A stretch of 64,000 nucleotides of DNA, taken from assembly GCA_000004695.1 (NCBI GenBank), contig CM000150.2:128001-192000 (forward strand), in the 5' to 3' direction. Below are positions 20,323 to 30,504 of this stretch, piece after piece (the stretch's first letter is position 1; each line of letters begins with the position of its first letter). A program made the translations under genes and the position numbers. The notes under the pieces were generated by a model. That model did no database searches. It worked only from the letters and a program-made list of their open reading frames with translations, and was not told where the DNA came from. The DNA is from Dictyostelium discoideum. Lineage: Eukaryota.

Positions 20323-21313
20323 TATATATATATATATGATAATATAAATTAAAAATTTAATTTATTAAATTATATTTTATATTAAATATATATATATATA
20401 TTAGTCCCATCCCACCCGCCCTTAGTCGGAATTCCATAAATCAAATTGTTTTAGTTTTTATTGCCACTATTTATACGTTTTTATTTTCTTAAAAATTTCG
20501 CAAAACTCAAAAAAATAAGTGTTTTCGACCCTTCACAACTTTGTGCATAGTTTCGGTTCAGAATTTTTCAGTTTTTCGACCTTGTGCAATGATCGCGTCA
20601 TTGTGCCGGTTCGAAATTTTTACTTTTCTTTCGAAAATTTTTTTTATTCTTCGAATGTTCTAGAACATTCTAAAAAATTATCTTAAATATTTGGGAAATT
20701 CAAATAAATAAATGTTATTCATAATATATATATATATATTTAATATAAAATATAATTTAATAAATTAAATTTGTAATTAAACAGAACCCTGAGACGTATG
20801 TGGTCTACCAGAAGGTATCAAATGTAGCAAATCGCGTGCTTTAGAACAATCGCATGTATTCGGTGTGTTATGTATTCCAACGTACCATACCCGTAATCAT
20901 TCGTTTGGTTTCAAATATGTGTTGGTATCGAAGAACCTACAGCGTCTTCAACCAGGTGAGCACCTTGCGGCGGGGGACAATTTTTGCACACTCCCCTAAT
21001 TTGACAGAGGGCGGTGACTAAATACGGGTGTGAAACTAACGTGTGTTTCATGTCACTACCAGAAGTCGAACAGGATGGAATGATTGCTACGGAATCATTC
21101 GTTAATGCCATGGCGTGTGATAAGATGGAGAGTCGTTTATTGCAATGGGGTGAGAACAATGTACTTGTTAAACAACTACAAACCTTATCCAGTGATCGGG
21201 GAACAAATTCGGGATGATGGTTTTTTATTCGCAATGCGCAATATCGAATCTGATGTTGGTCTGGTCAACATGACTGCGAAAGCATTGATGGAAGTGGATG
21301 TCATCTTGGATAA

Positions 21314-21835
21314 ATGCGTGTACGGCGACCTAGTGCAACGGTAATCAACATTACCATCAAGTCCAACCGCCTGCGTACAGGTCGTTCAGAAGTTCAGTTC
21401 TATGATAAACAATCCGACCCCTATGAAAAAGCAGACCGTGACTTTCCTATCAATCTGCGTGGTGTGTATGAAACATTATTGAGTCGTCACCCACATACCT
21501 TAATGTTAGAGCCTAGTCTGAACACTTTGGTCAATAATGCCATATCTGATACCGGTGGTTTGGATCGTCGAATGAATGCCCAAACTGGTGCAATCTTGGC
21601 GATGGATAAAGGTGTTCAGATCTATAACAAGTTCCTATCGGCTACTGGCGTGCTTAGATCTCTTTTGTTAAATGCATTGTGGCAGGTGTGCGTTTCAAGA
21701 TCTCTGACAGTCATGAGGGTAAAGGTGTTATCGTTCATGTCTTTAAAGATGAAGATGCACCGACATGGCGTGCGTACAGATGTCATCGTGGATAACGCCT
21801 CTATCACTAAAACTCTATTGAACAGTTTGAGTTGA
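21314..21835 (+). CDS. Hypothetical protein (173 aa)
   Basis: GC-normal ORF, stop overlaps next start. Confidence 0.3.
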   Translation: MRVRRPSATVINITIKSNRLRTGRSEVQFYDKQSDPYEKADRDFPINLRGVYETLLSRHPHTLMLEPSLNTLVNNAISDTGGLDRRMNAQTGAILAMDKGVQIYNKFLSATGVLRSLLLNALWQVCVSRSLTVMRVKVLSFMSLKMKMHRHGVRTDVIVDNASITKTLLNSLS

Positions 21836-22452
21836 TGTCCAACAGTCCTATCTATCAGTCCAAAGCAAACCGTGATCATCATGTGAGCTGGGTGATTGAA
21901 CATGAAGTAGAGCTGCTAGCGTTAACTGATCGCTTGTATTATGGGGCAGAGCAGATTCTTCGCATTAAGAAGAACCATGACTTCCCAACATATCCTGCTC
22001 GTTATCGAGCACCTTATGGGAGGTTTGTGATAACTCGTGATCCAGTAATGATTGTACCAGTGTATATCATCCTGTTGGAAAAGATGAGGGAATATTTGGT
22101 TTCCTATGCAGTGCCTAAGTTAATGCACTTCGGTACTTTATCTATTATTACTCAAGTAGACAAGTACGCCCTCCCTTGGCGTAATGTACCAACTCGTTTG
22201 GCTGGTGAGTCAGACATTCGTCTGTTCTGGCGGCTGGTACACAAACCGTCTATTATCATTGCCAATACACCGGCAATGCAGAAAGCAGTAGGTAAGTTAT
22301 TGCGTCATGAGAATCCAATGCGTATTGACAATTTGATGGATGAAAGTGTATCTCCACTAGGTCGTAATCGACCAGTGCAGATGTATAAACACATGCAAGC
22401 TTGTCGTGGTATTCGCTTTGAACGTCAATTGTTAACTGAAGGGGCCGCTTAA
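21832..22452 (+). CDS. Hypothetical protein (206 aa)
   Basis: ATGA/TGATG translational-coupling junction with upstream ORF. Confidence 0.3.
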   Translation: MMSNSPIYQSKANRDHHVSWVIEHEVELLALTDRLYYGAEQILRIKKNHDFPTYPARYRAPYGRFVITRDPVMIVPVYIILLEKMREYLVSYAVPKLMHFGTLSIITQVDKYALPWRNVPTRLAGESDIRLFWRLVHKPSIIIANTPAMQKAVGKLLRHENPMRIDNLMDESVSPLGRNRPVQMYKHMQACRGIRFERQLLTEGAA

Positions 22453-22468
22453 AGCAGATCGGCAAGAT

Positions 22469-23059
22469 TTGCTAATGAATGGAGAGCAGATCTGGTCGTT
22501 AGATCCTCAGTGTAATAATCCTAAAGTTCAGGTTCTCGCTGAGGATAAAACTTTTGAGATGTTGGTGCGTCCTCTGATAGCCAGCTGGCCAATTCAGAAG
22601 TTCCAAGAAGGGATGGCTCTGGGTAAGCGGCATTTCTTAACAGGGTTCCGCATTTCAAACAAAGGTATCCGTAACATACTGACCGAAGGGTATCGTGACT
22701 ACGATATGATCATTGTACAACTAATGGGCACTGATCTGACCGGTGGGTTCATCGATGTAGTGAAATTTAACTCATTACAAGCCCGTACCATTAACCATAT
22801 CAACAACGCCTTTGTTGCAAGAATTCCTGAATATGTCACTACTGCAAGTATGGTTGACTATTTAGAGATTCTATTATTCGTCAAGTTCGAGCAGGTCTGG
22901 TTTAGTTCCAGAAATCTATCGGCTAGGCTTATAAGAAAGGACTGGGCCATATCAAAAACCCTGATAAATTTCCAAAGAATCAAATCGCTGAGGATATCAA
23001 ACAAGGCGGTGTTTCCGATGGCCAGACTGCTCAGGTGTTTATCTCATGTGGTTACCTAA
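22469..23059 (+). CDS. Hypothetical protein (196 aa)
   Basis: 16 bp after previous stop, same strand. Confidence 0.3.
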   Translation: MLMNGEQIWSLDPQCNNPKVQVLAEDKTFEMLVRPLIASWPIQKFQEGMALGKRHFLTGFRISNKGIRNILTEGYRDYDMIIVQLMGTDLTGGFIDVVKFNSLQARTINHINNAFVARIPEYVTTASMVDYLEILLFVKFEQVWFSSRNLSARLIRKDWAISKTLINFQRIKSLRISNKAVFPMARLLRCLSHVVT

Positions 23060-23718
23060 CCGACCATAACTCCAGGATCTTTGTTCGTCCTGTTACGGTC
23101 AAGGTATTGGTAGCTTCTATGAAGCCTTTGTTGAATCACATTCTGCTACTGAGGCCATGATCTTTACCAAGAAACCATTGGAGGATTCAGAATGGTTTAA
23201 CCGTAAGTTACAATTGGTCGGTTAGGCCATACAGCGCGTCCATCTTGGTGAGGATTGAGGTACTCAAATTACAGTACCGGTAATAATGCGTCCAGGCTGG
23301 TCCGGTGTAATGGCGGGTAAGTATTACGTAGACGACAGTGGTCAGATGTAAGCCATTCATGAGAAAGATGAAGGTAAACTGCTGCGTATAAGGTCACTAA
23401 TGTATTGTCAGCATAAATATCGTTCGGGTGTTTATGAGCGCTGTTATGGTAAGTTGGCTATGTCGATCCCGTATTTCAACGTACTGGGCAAGATAGGGAA
23501 AAACGAAGCCATTGCTGGGCACGTGTCCGCAACAGAATTTGATGCTGCTTTATAACAGAAGATGTTGTCCACTAAACACCTGGATACTTCTTCTACGGTG
23601 GATCCGTTTATCATTCATCGTGAAGATGCAATTTATATAACGTGTGGTATTCGTGATAATACTGCTGGTTTAAACCTACGACTGAAAGGGCAGAATGTAG
23701 CCAGATGACGTAGGGATT

Positions 23719-24099
23719 GTGCTTGATCAGTTCTTAGAGTTACTTAACCGACTTCTACAGGTGAATATCGTTCATGCTGAAATGATTCTGTACTCGGTAA
23801 TGGTGCGTGACCCAAGCAAGTTGGATCATTGCTTACCGCGCGCTAACGAACAACGGCAGTTTAGTTCTTATCACGAATGTATCGAATTCCCCAGTCTTTT
23901 GGTGCAGTTGCTGTATCAAGAGCAAGCGGATGTTATGATGAAACCCATGACGTTCTTAATTGATAACCGTCAGTCACATCGGCAGATAGATTATATTACC
24001 CATCTGTTCAAGCACAAACCTCCGTTAGCCTTCTCAACAATTAACGGTCATCGATCAATGTTGAATCAGTTGTTACTCCTTAGTATCTTTGCAGACTAA
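23719..24099 (+). CDS. Hypothetical ORF whose C-terminus is encoded by an embedded DIRS-1 ORF2 fragment
   Basis: ...ITHLFKHKPPLAFSTINGHRSMLNQLLLL is DIRS ORF2 sequence. Confidence 0.25.
   Translation: MLDQFLELLNRLLQVNIVHAEMILYSVMVRDPSKLDHCLPRANEQRQFSSYHECIEFPSLLVQLLYQEQADVMMKPMTFLIDNRQSHRQIDYITHLFKHKPPLAFSTINGHRSMLNQLLLLSIFAD
23994..24083 (+). mobile_element. 90-bp DIRS-1 ORF2 fragment embedded inside island C
   Basis: ~97% identical to 19534-19620 (copy-3 variant); flanks on both sides are GC-normal non-DIRS sequence. Confidence 0.8.
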
Positions 24100-24110
24100 G
24101 GGGTAGGGCG

Positions 24111-24506
24111 ATGCGCACTACGGCAACGCTTATCATTGGTAATCATGGATTTACGGTTAAAGACTACAATGATGAGTTCTACAGTAAGGCAAGGGCGTAC
24201 TGCGCACGTTTCGTTAAATACCGGATTGAATCTAAGGTCGTCCAAGGACGGAGATCTTTTGTCAAGGTACCAGATCGTGTATTCGGCTCAGCTTCGAAGG
24301 ACCGTAAAGAGCTACACATTAACTGTTTAGCTGAATTTAAACAATTTATGTTGAATAGTGGTTGGAACCCTGAACGGTTCAAAGAAATCACCAGGGAATT
24401 ACCTGAGGGACGAGATGTCAATTCCAATGACCACCAGGTTGCAGTACCAGTTAGAGAAAGATCCTTCTGGTATCACGACCCGAATCAATACATTGCAAAC
24501 GGGTAA
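24111..24506 (+). CDS. Hypothetical protein (131 aa)
   Basis: taAGGGGtagggcgATG SD-like context. Confidence 0.3.
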   Translation: MRTTATLIIGNHGFTVKDYNDEFYSKARAYCARFVKYRIESKVVQGRRSFVKVPDRVFGSASKDRKELHINCLAEFKQFMLNSGWNPERFKEITRELPEGRDVNSNDHQVAVPVRERSFWYHDPNQYIANG

Positions 24507-24615
24507 AGGAAAGACATTCTATGCCATATACAACATGTTCAAACTGCAGAAGCTCACTGGCATTATGTTAATGCCGAAGTACATCACGACTTGGCATACT
24601 GGCTTACATGACTTT

Positions 24616-25334
24616 CACAGCGAAGAAAAAACCACCTTTAAAGCAAATTTAAAGCAAATTTGATTTAAATTGGATTTAAATTGAATTTAAAGCCGCGTTT
24701 AAAAAATTCATTTTTAAGGTAATTTTTAAGGTAATTTTTAAGATATTTAAAAATGCCTTTAAAATTTGCTTTAAATTAAATTTTTAAGCAATTTTTAAGG
24801 TAATTTTTAAGGTGATTTTTAAGATAATTTTAAGATATTTTAAAAATACCTTTAAAATTTATTTTAAAGTAATTTTAAAGAAGATTAAAAGTAGATTTAA
24901 AGTGAATTTAAATTTCCTTTAAACATAAATTTAAGGTTTTTAATAAAAAAGATCTAGTTTTAGAACAAAAAAATGGTGATAAAATATTCTATCATTTTTA
25001 AATTTTTCATCAAAGCAATCAAATGGTGTAATGGTTGATGAGACTATCCTTTGATAGAGGGTCGGGGGATCGAATCCCTTTTGGTAATTTTTGAAAAAAT
25101 TAAAAAAAAAATTTAAAAAATTTATCCGTTAAATAACGGCTTCGAACTCAGGACCTCGCTTTTAAAGCGATTAAAAAGGTAATTTTAAAGGTAATTTTAA
25201 AGGTAATTTTAAAGGTAATTTTAAAGTAACCTTAAAAATTACCTTTAAAATTACCTTTAAAATTGCTTTAATTCAGGACTTTAAAGCAAATTTAAATTTA
25301 AAGCGAATTTAAAGGTGGTTTTTTCTTCGCTGTG
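24616..25334. mobile_element. MITE-like TIR element copy
   Basis: cacagcgaag... to ...cttcgctgtg. Confidence 0.6.
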
Positions 25335-25469
25335 AAAAGATAATAATTTAATAAACTTTAAATGTTTTTTGAAAAAACACATTTAGGGTCAGTGATTTTT
25401 TTTTTCACTGCGCTACTGTAGTGAAATTAAATAATAAAATTAACTACGCTACTGTAGTGAAATTTTATT

Positions 25470-26825
25470 GAAAATTCCCTACAACAATTTGGTTTGGTTG
25501 AGTGAAAATTTGTAATATCATCTTGTTTTCATAATGTACCTGATTGGCAAATAAATAAACCATCTCTTGGCTTGTCACATGTGTGACATGAATATTCATT
25601 TGAATTATGTCCATTAAGTTTACACGATGCTCTAAATTCTGGAATATCCATTGTCAGTCCCAACGGTACAACATCTATTTGTTCGTTTTCAATAATTAAA
25701 TTAAAGCCAATACCAATAAAAGATGAAAACAATGTCATAATGGTTTGATGAAAATTAAGTAACCAATCATTTGGTACTACAAATAATAATAATTTATTGT
25801 TTTTAAATTCATTTCCAATATAATTTTCTATATCCAGCATTATAGAATAATCTTTCTTGTATTGACACCGCATACTATCAGTGAATATTCTAAGTAAAAC
25901 AATTTTATTTTTATTTTTATTTTTCGAATCTTTAAATTGTTGACCACTTTTATAATTTGTATAAATTCCAGTTTCAAAATGTGTATCAAAATCAATTCTA
26001 TTAAAAAATTGCTTTTTATTCAATAAAGTTTCTAATACTTTTTTAATTTCAAAATAAAAAATTGAGTGATCATAATTTTTATTTATAAATGTTTCTCCTT
26101 TTATTTGAAAATTTTCCATAAATAATTTATCCATATATAGAGGTGTGTATCTTATTAGATTTAAATTAGTTTATTTTTGTCAATAAAACTTTTAAATTTT
26201 TCAAGTAGCTTTAAACTTATTGAGTTTTCAATTCCCAACATTAAAAATTCAATTTCAGTTTCATTTAATTTTTTTTTGATTTTTTATTATCTAAATTATT
26301 ATTTTGATTATTATTTATTGGTTCATTTTGACCATTTTCATTATTTTCATTATTTTCATTATTTTTTGCTCCATTTTGATCTATTATATTTTCATCATCA
26401 CTATGTCGCAACCTAATTGTATCATGATTTTCTTCATTATCAATTGTTTGATTGTTTTCATTATTTTCATTATTTTCTTGATAAATAATTTCATCTTGGT
26501 TTTGGTTACATAAATGTTTACATGGGTCATCTATATCATTTGTTGGATATTTTATTTTTTCACCAGTAATATCCATTGATTTTTTATAAAAGCTATCTCT
26601 TTTTGGATTATTTGTAATAATTTTACTTTGTTCATTTTTACATTTTTTGGTGTTGAAATGTCCATTTCCATCATAAAATTGTTTATAAGAACGGTAATAT
26701 GAAAGACAAAATGGACATATATTTTTATGCATAATATAATGAATAATAATATTTTTAAAATTCTTTAATTTTTCTCTGCAATTAATGCATGATATGTTAT
26801 TTAAATTCATTTTGTTTGCAGTCAA
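25470..26825 (-). pseudogene. Degenerate copy of the zinc-finger transposase gene (frameshift between 26134 and 26265, nonsense TGA at 25529, 3' truncated)
   Basis: ORFs 26265..26825 and 25529..26134 match aa 1-180 and 230-430 of the 839-aa protein; homology continues past the stop (KQDDITNFHS). Confidence 0.65.
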
Positions 26826-26902
26826 ATGACCTATCAGTGAATAATTGAATTAATTATAATTAACTCAGCATATTTTAAAAAAGATGGAGTTATCCTAGAA
26901 AT

Positions 26903-27472
26903 CACAGCGAAGAAAAAACCACCTTTAAATTCGCTTTAAATTAAATTTAAATTTGCTTTAAAGTCCTGAATTAAAGCAATTTTAAAGGTAATTTTAAAGG
27001 TAATTTTTAAGGTTACTTTAAAATTACCTTTAAAATTACCTTTAAAATTACCTTTTTAATCGCTTTAAAAGCGAGGTCCTGAGTTCGAAGCCGTTATTTA
27101 ACGGATAAATTTTTTAAATTTTTTTTTTTAATTTTTCAAAAATTACCAAAAGGGATTCGATCCCCCGACCCTCTATTAAAGGATACTCTCATCAACCATT
27201 ACACCATTTGATTGCTTTGATGAAAAATTTAAAAATGATAGAATATTTTATCCCCATTTTTTTGTCTAAAATTAGATCTTTTTTTATTAAAAACCTTAAA
27301 TTTATTTTAAAGCGATTAAAAAGGTAATTTTAAAGGTAATTTTTAAGGTGATTTTAAAGTAACCTTAAAAATTACCTTTAAAATTACCTTAAAAATTGCT
27401 TTAATTCAGGACTTTAAATTCGCTTTAAATTAAATTTAAATTTGCTTTAAAGGTGGTTTTTTCTTCGCCGTG
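26903..27472. mobile_element. MITE-like TIR element copy, inverted orientation, terminus ~90 bp upstream of the minus transposase pseudogene
   Basis: cacagcgaagaaaaaaccacctttaaattcgc ... cttcgccgtg. Confidence 0.6.
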
Positions 27473-27725
27473 CTTAAAAATCACCTTTAAAATAAACTTT
27501 AAAATGACCTTGAAAATTACCTTTAAAATTATCTTTAAAATGACCTTTAAAATTACCTTTAAAATGCTCTTTAAAATTAAGTTTAAAATGCCCTTTAAAA
27601 TTAACTTTATAATGCTCTTTAAAATTACTTAAAAATATGATTAAAAATTATATTAATAATTACATTTTAAAGTTCCTTAAAAATTGAATTTTAAAGTTTA
27701 TTAATAATTACATTAAAGCACCTTA
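27473..27725. repeat. Fragment of a second MITE family (C-family), reverse complement of 34259-34507
   Basis: Direct comparison of the two stretches. Confidence 0.5.
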
Positions 27726-28865
27726 CACAGCAAAGAAAAATGCACCTTTAAAGCCAATTTCAAGCAAATACAATTTAAATTTGCTTTAAATTGGCTTTAA
27801 ATTTGCTTTTTAAAAAGGTAATTTTAAGGATATTTTTAAGGTCATTTAAAATTACATTAAAAATGACCTTTTAAATTTATTATAAAGCGGTTTTTAAATA
27901 ATGTTTTAATCACTTTATAATAAATTTAAAAAAGTTATTTTTAATGTAATTTAAAATAACTTATCAATCCTTTTTTAAGCTTTTATTACACAGCAAAGAA
28001 AAAACCACCTTTAAATTCGCTTTAAATTAAATTTAAATTTGCTTTAAAGTCCTGAATTAAAGCAATTTTAAAGGTAATTTTAAAGCGAATTTAAAGGTGG
28101 TTTTTTCTTTGCTGTGTAATAAAAGCTTAAAAAAGGATTGATAAGTTATTTTAAATTACATTAAAAATAACTTTTTTAAATTTATTATAAAGTGATTAAA
28201 ACATTATTAAAACCGCTTATAATAATTAAAAGGCATTTTATGTAATTTAAGACCTAAAAATCCTAAATACCTTTTTAATGGCTTTAAAAGCGAGGTCCTG
28301 AGTTCGAATCCGTTATTTACGAATAATTTTTTAAATTTTTTTTTTATTTTTCAAAAATTACCCAAAAGGGATTCGATCCCCCGACCCTCTATCAAAGGGT
28401 AGTCTCATCAACCATTACACCATTTGATTGCTTTGATGAAAAATTTAAAAATGATAGAATATTTTATCCCCATTTTTTTGTGCTAAAATTAGATCTTTTT
28501 TATTAAAAACCTTAAATTTATGTTTAAAGGAAATTTAAATTCACTTTAAATCTACTTTTAATCTACTTTAAATCCTATTTAAAATTAATTTAAAATAAAT
28601 TTTAAAGGTATTTTTAAATATCTTAAAAATTATCTTAAAAATTACCTTAAAAATCACCTTTAAAATCACCTTTAAAATCACCTTTAAAATTGCTTAAAAA
28701 TTTATTTTAAAGCAAATTTTAAAGGCATTTTTAAATATCTTAAAAATTACCTTAAAAATTACCTTAAAAATGAATTTTTTAAACGCGGCTTTAAATTCAA
28801 TTTAAATCCAATTTAAATCAACTTTTCTTTAAATTTGCTTTAAAGGTGCATTTTTCTTTGCTGTG
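27726..28865. mobile_element. Nested cluster of MITE-like copies including a 128-bp mini-element (27989-28116) flanked by inverted repeats
   Basis: Multiple cacagcaaag / ctttgctgtg termini; 27900-27996 is inverse of 28127-28225. Confidence 0.5.
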
Positions 28866-29471
28866 TAATTATATTTTTTAAAATACATTTTAAATGCATT
28901 TTAAATACATTTCAAATCAATTTTTACACTATTTATTCCAAATTTATTAAAAAAAAAAAAAAAAAATAAGAAAATAAAAAAAAAAAAAAAAATTAAGAAA
29001 ATTAAAAAAAAAAAAAACTAAAAAGATAACCAAATTAATTTTAATTCTTTATTTATTTGTTTCAGTGGCAATTGAATTCTATTATTATTATTTTTATTAA
29101 TTAATAAAAAATAAGTGTTTCAGTTGCCTTGGGTTTTATATTATTTTATTTTAAATTTTACTTCTCATTTCAAAAAGCGAAAAATATCAAAAAAAAAAAA
29201 AAAAAAATTTAATTATTTGTTTTGCATATTTATATTATAAGTATAAACATACATATAAAAAAAGATTTTTTATTTTTTATTTTTAATAATTAATAAACAA
29301 TTAACGAGTGCACAGGTATATTATTGCATTAGTGTAGTTTTACAATAAATTGGGCAGATTTTATAGTTTTTTTTTTAATATTTTAAAAAGAAAAAGGTAT
29401 AGACAGGGTCATAGGTTCCCCGTCATTTTTTGAAAATGGGGTATATCCCTCTAAATATAAAATTCTAAGTA

Positions 29472-30373
29472 CACAGCAAAGAAAAATGCACCTTTAAAGC
29501 AAATTTAAAGAAAAGTTGATTTAAATTAGATTTAAATTGAATTTAAAGCCGCGTTTAAAAAATTCATTTTTAAGGTAATTTTTAAGGTAATTTTTAAGAT
29601 ATTTAAAAATGCCTTTAAAATTTGCTTTAAAATAAATTTTTAAGCAATTTTAAAGGTGATTTTAAAGGTGATTTTAAAGGTAATTTTTAAGGTAATTTTT
29701 AAGATAATTTTTAAGATATTTAAAAATACCTTTAAAATTTATTTTAAATTAATTTTAAATAGGATTTAAAGTAGATTTAAAGTAGATTTAAAGTGAATTT
29801 AAATTTCCTTTAAACATAAATTTAAGGTTTTTAATAAAAAAGATCTAATTTTAGAACAAAAAAATGGTGATAAAATATTCTATCATTTTTAAATTTTTCA
29901 TCAAAGCAATCAAATGGTGTAATGGTTGATGAGAATACCCTTTGATAGAGGGTCGGGGGGATCGAATCCCTTTTGGTAATTTTAGAACAAAAAAATGGTG
30001 ATAAAATATTCTATCATTTTTAAATTTTTCATCAAAGCAATCAAATGGTGTAATGGTTGATGAGACTATCCTTTGATAGAGGGTCGGGGGATCGAATCCC
30101 TTTTGGTAATTTTTGAAAAATTAAAAAAAAAAATTTAAAAAATTTATCCGTTAAATAACGGCTTCGAACTCAGGACCTCGCTTTTAAAGCGATTAAAAAG
30201 GTAATTTTAAAGGTAATTTTAAAGGTAATTTTAAAGGTAATTTTAAAGGTAATTTTAAAGTAACCTTAAAAATCACCTTTAAAATTACCTTTAAAATTGC
30301 TTTAATTCAGGACTTTAAAGCAAATTTAAATTTAATTAAAAGCGAATTTAAAGGTGGTTTTTTCTTCGCTGTG
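29472..30373. mobile_element. MITE-like TIR element (with ~100-bp internal tandem duplication at 29900-30090) ending 131 bp upstream of the transposase ATG
   Basis: TIRs at both ends; duplication of the ...ggtgtaatggttgatgag...gggtcggggggatcgaatccc segment. Confidence 0.6.
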
Positions 30374-30504
30374 TACTAAATCATATATCTACTTTCTATA
30401 ATGCTAAAATTTGAATAAAATGAAAAAAAAAAAAAAAAAAACGTAAAAACTCGAGGAAAAAAAAAAAAAAAAATATTATTTTTAATTTCCAGCCAGCAAA
30501 CAAA

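Larger units (their letters stand above)
16990..20775 (+). mobile_element. DIRS-1 copy 3 with an internal in-frame 1041-bp deletion (ORF1 codon ~108 joined to RT codon ~104)
   Basis: Both ITRs present; length 4817-1041; junction ctcgtcgaaG|GAATCaag with GAAG microhomology. Confidence 0.9.
20776..24615. other. GC-normal island C with operon-like co-directional ORFs
   Basis: Starts at DIRS right-ITR terminus and ends at MITE TIR terminus; overlapping TGATG stop/start at 21832; AAGGGG SD before 24111. Confidence 0.6.

Noticed and set aside
26177-26513. ORFs 26177..26416 and 26304..26513 (+), and 30802..31005 / 31955..32188 (-)
   Set aside because: Antisense or alternative-frame readings of the AAT/GAA-rich linker of the transposase gene; low complexity
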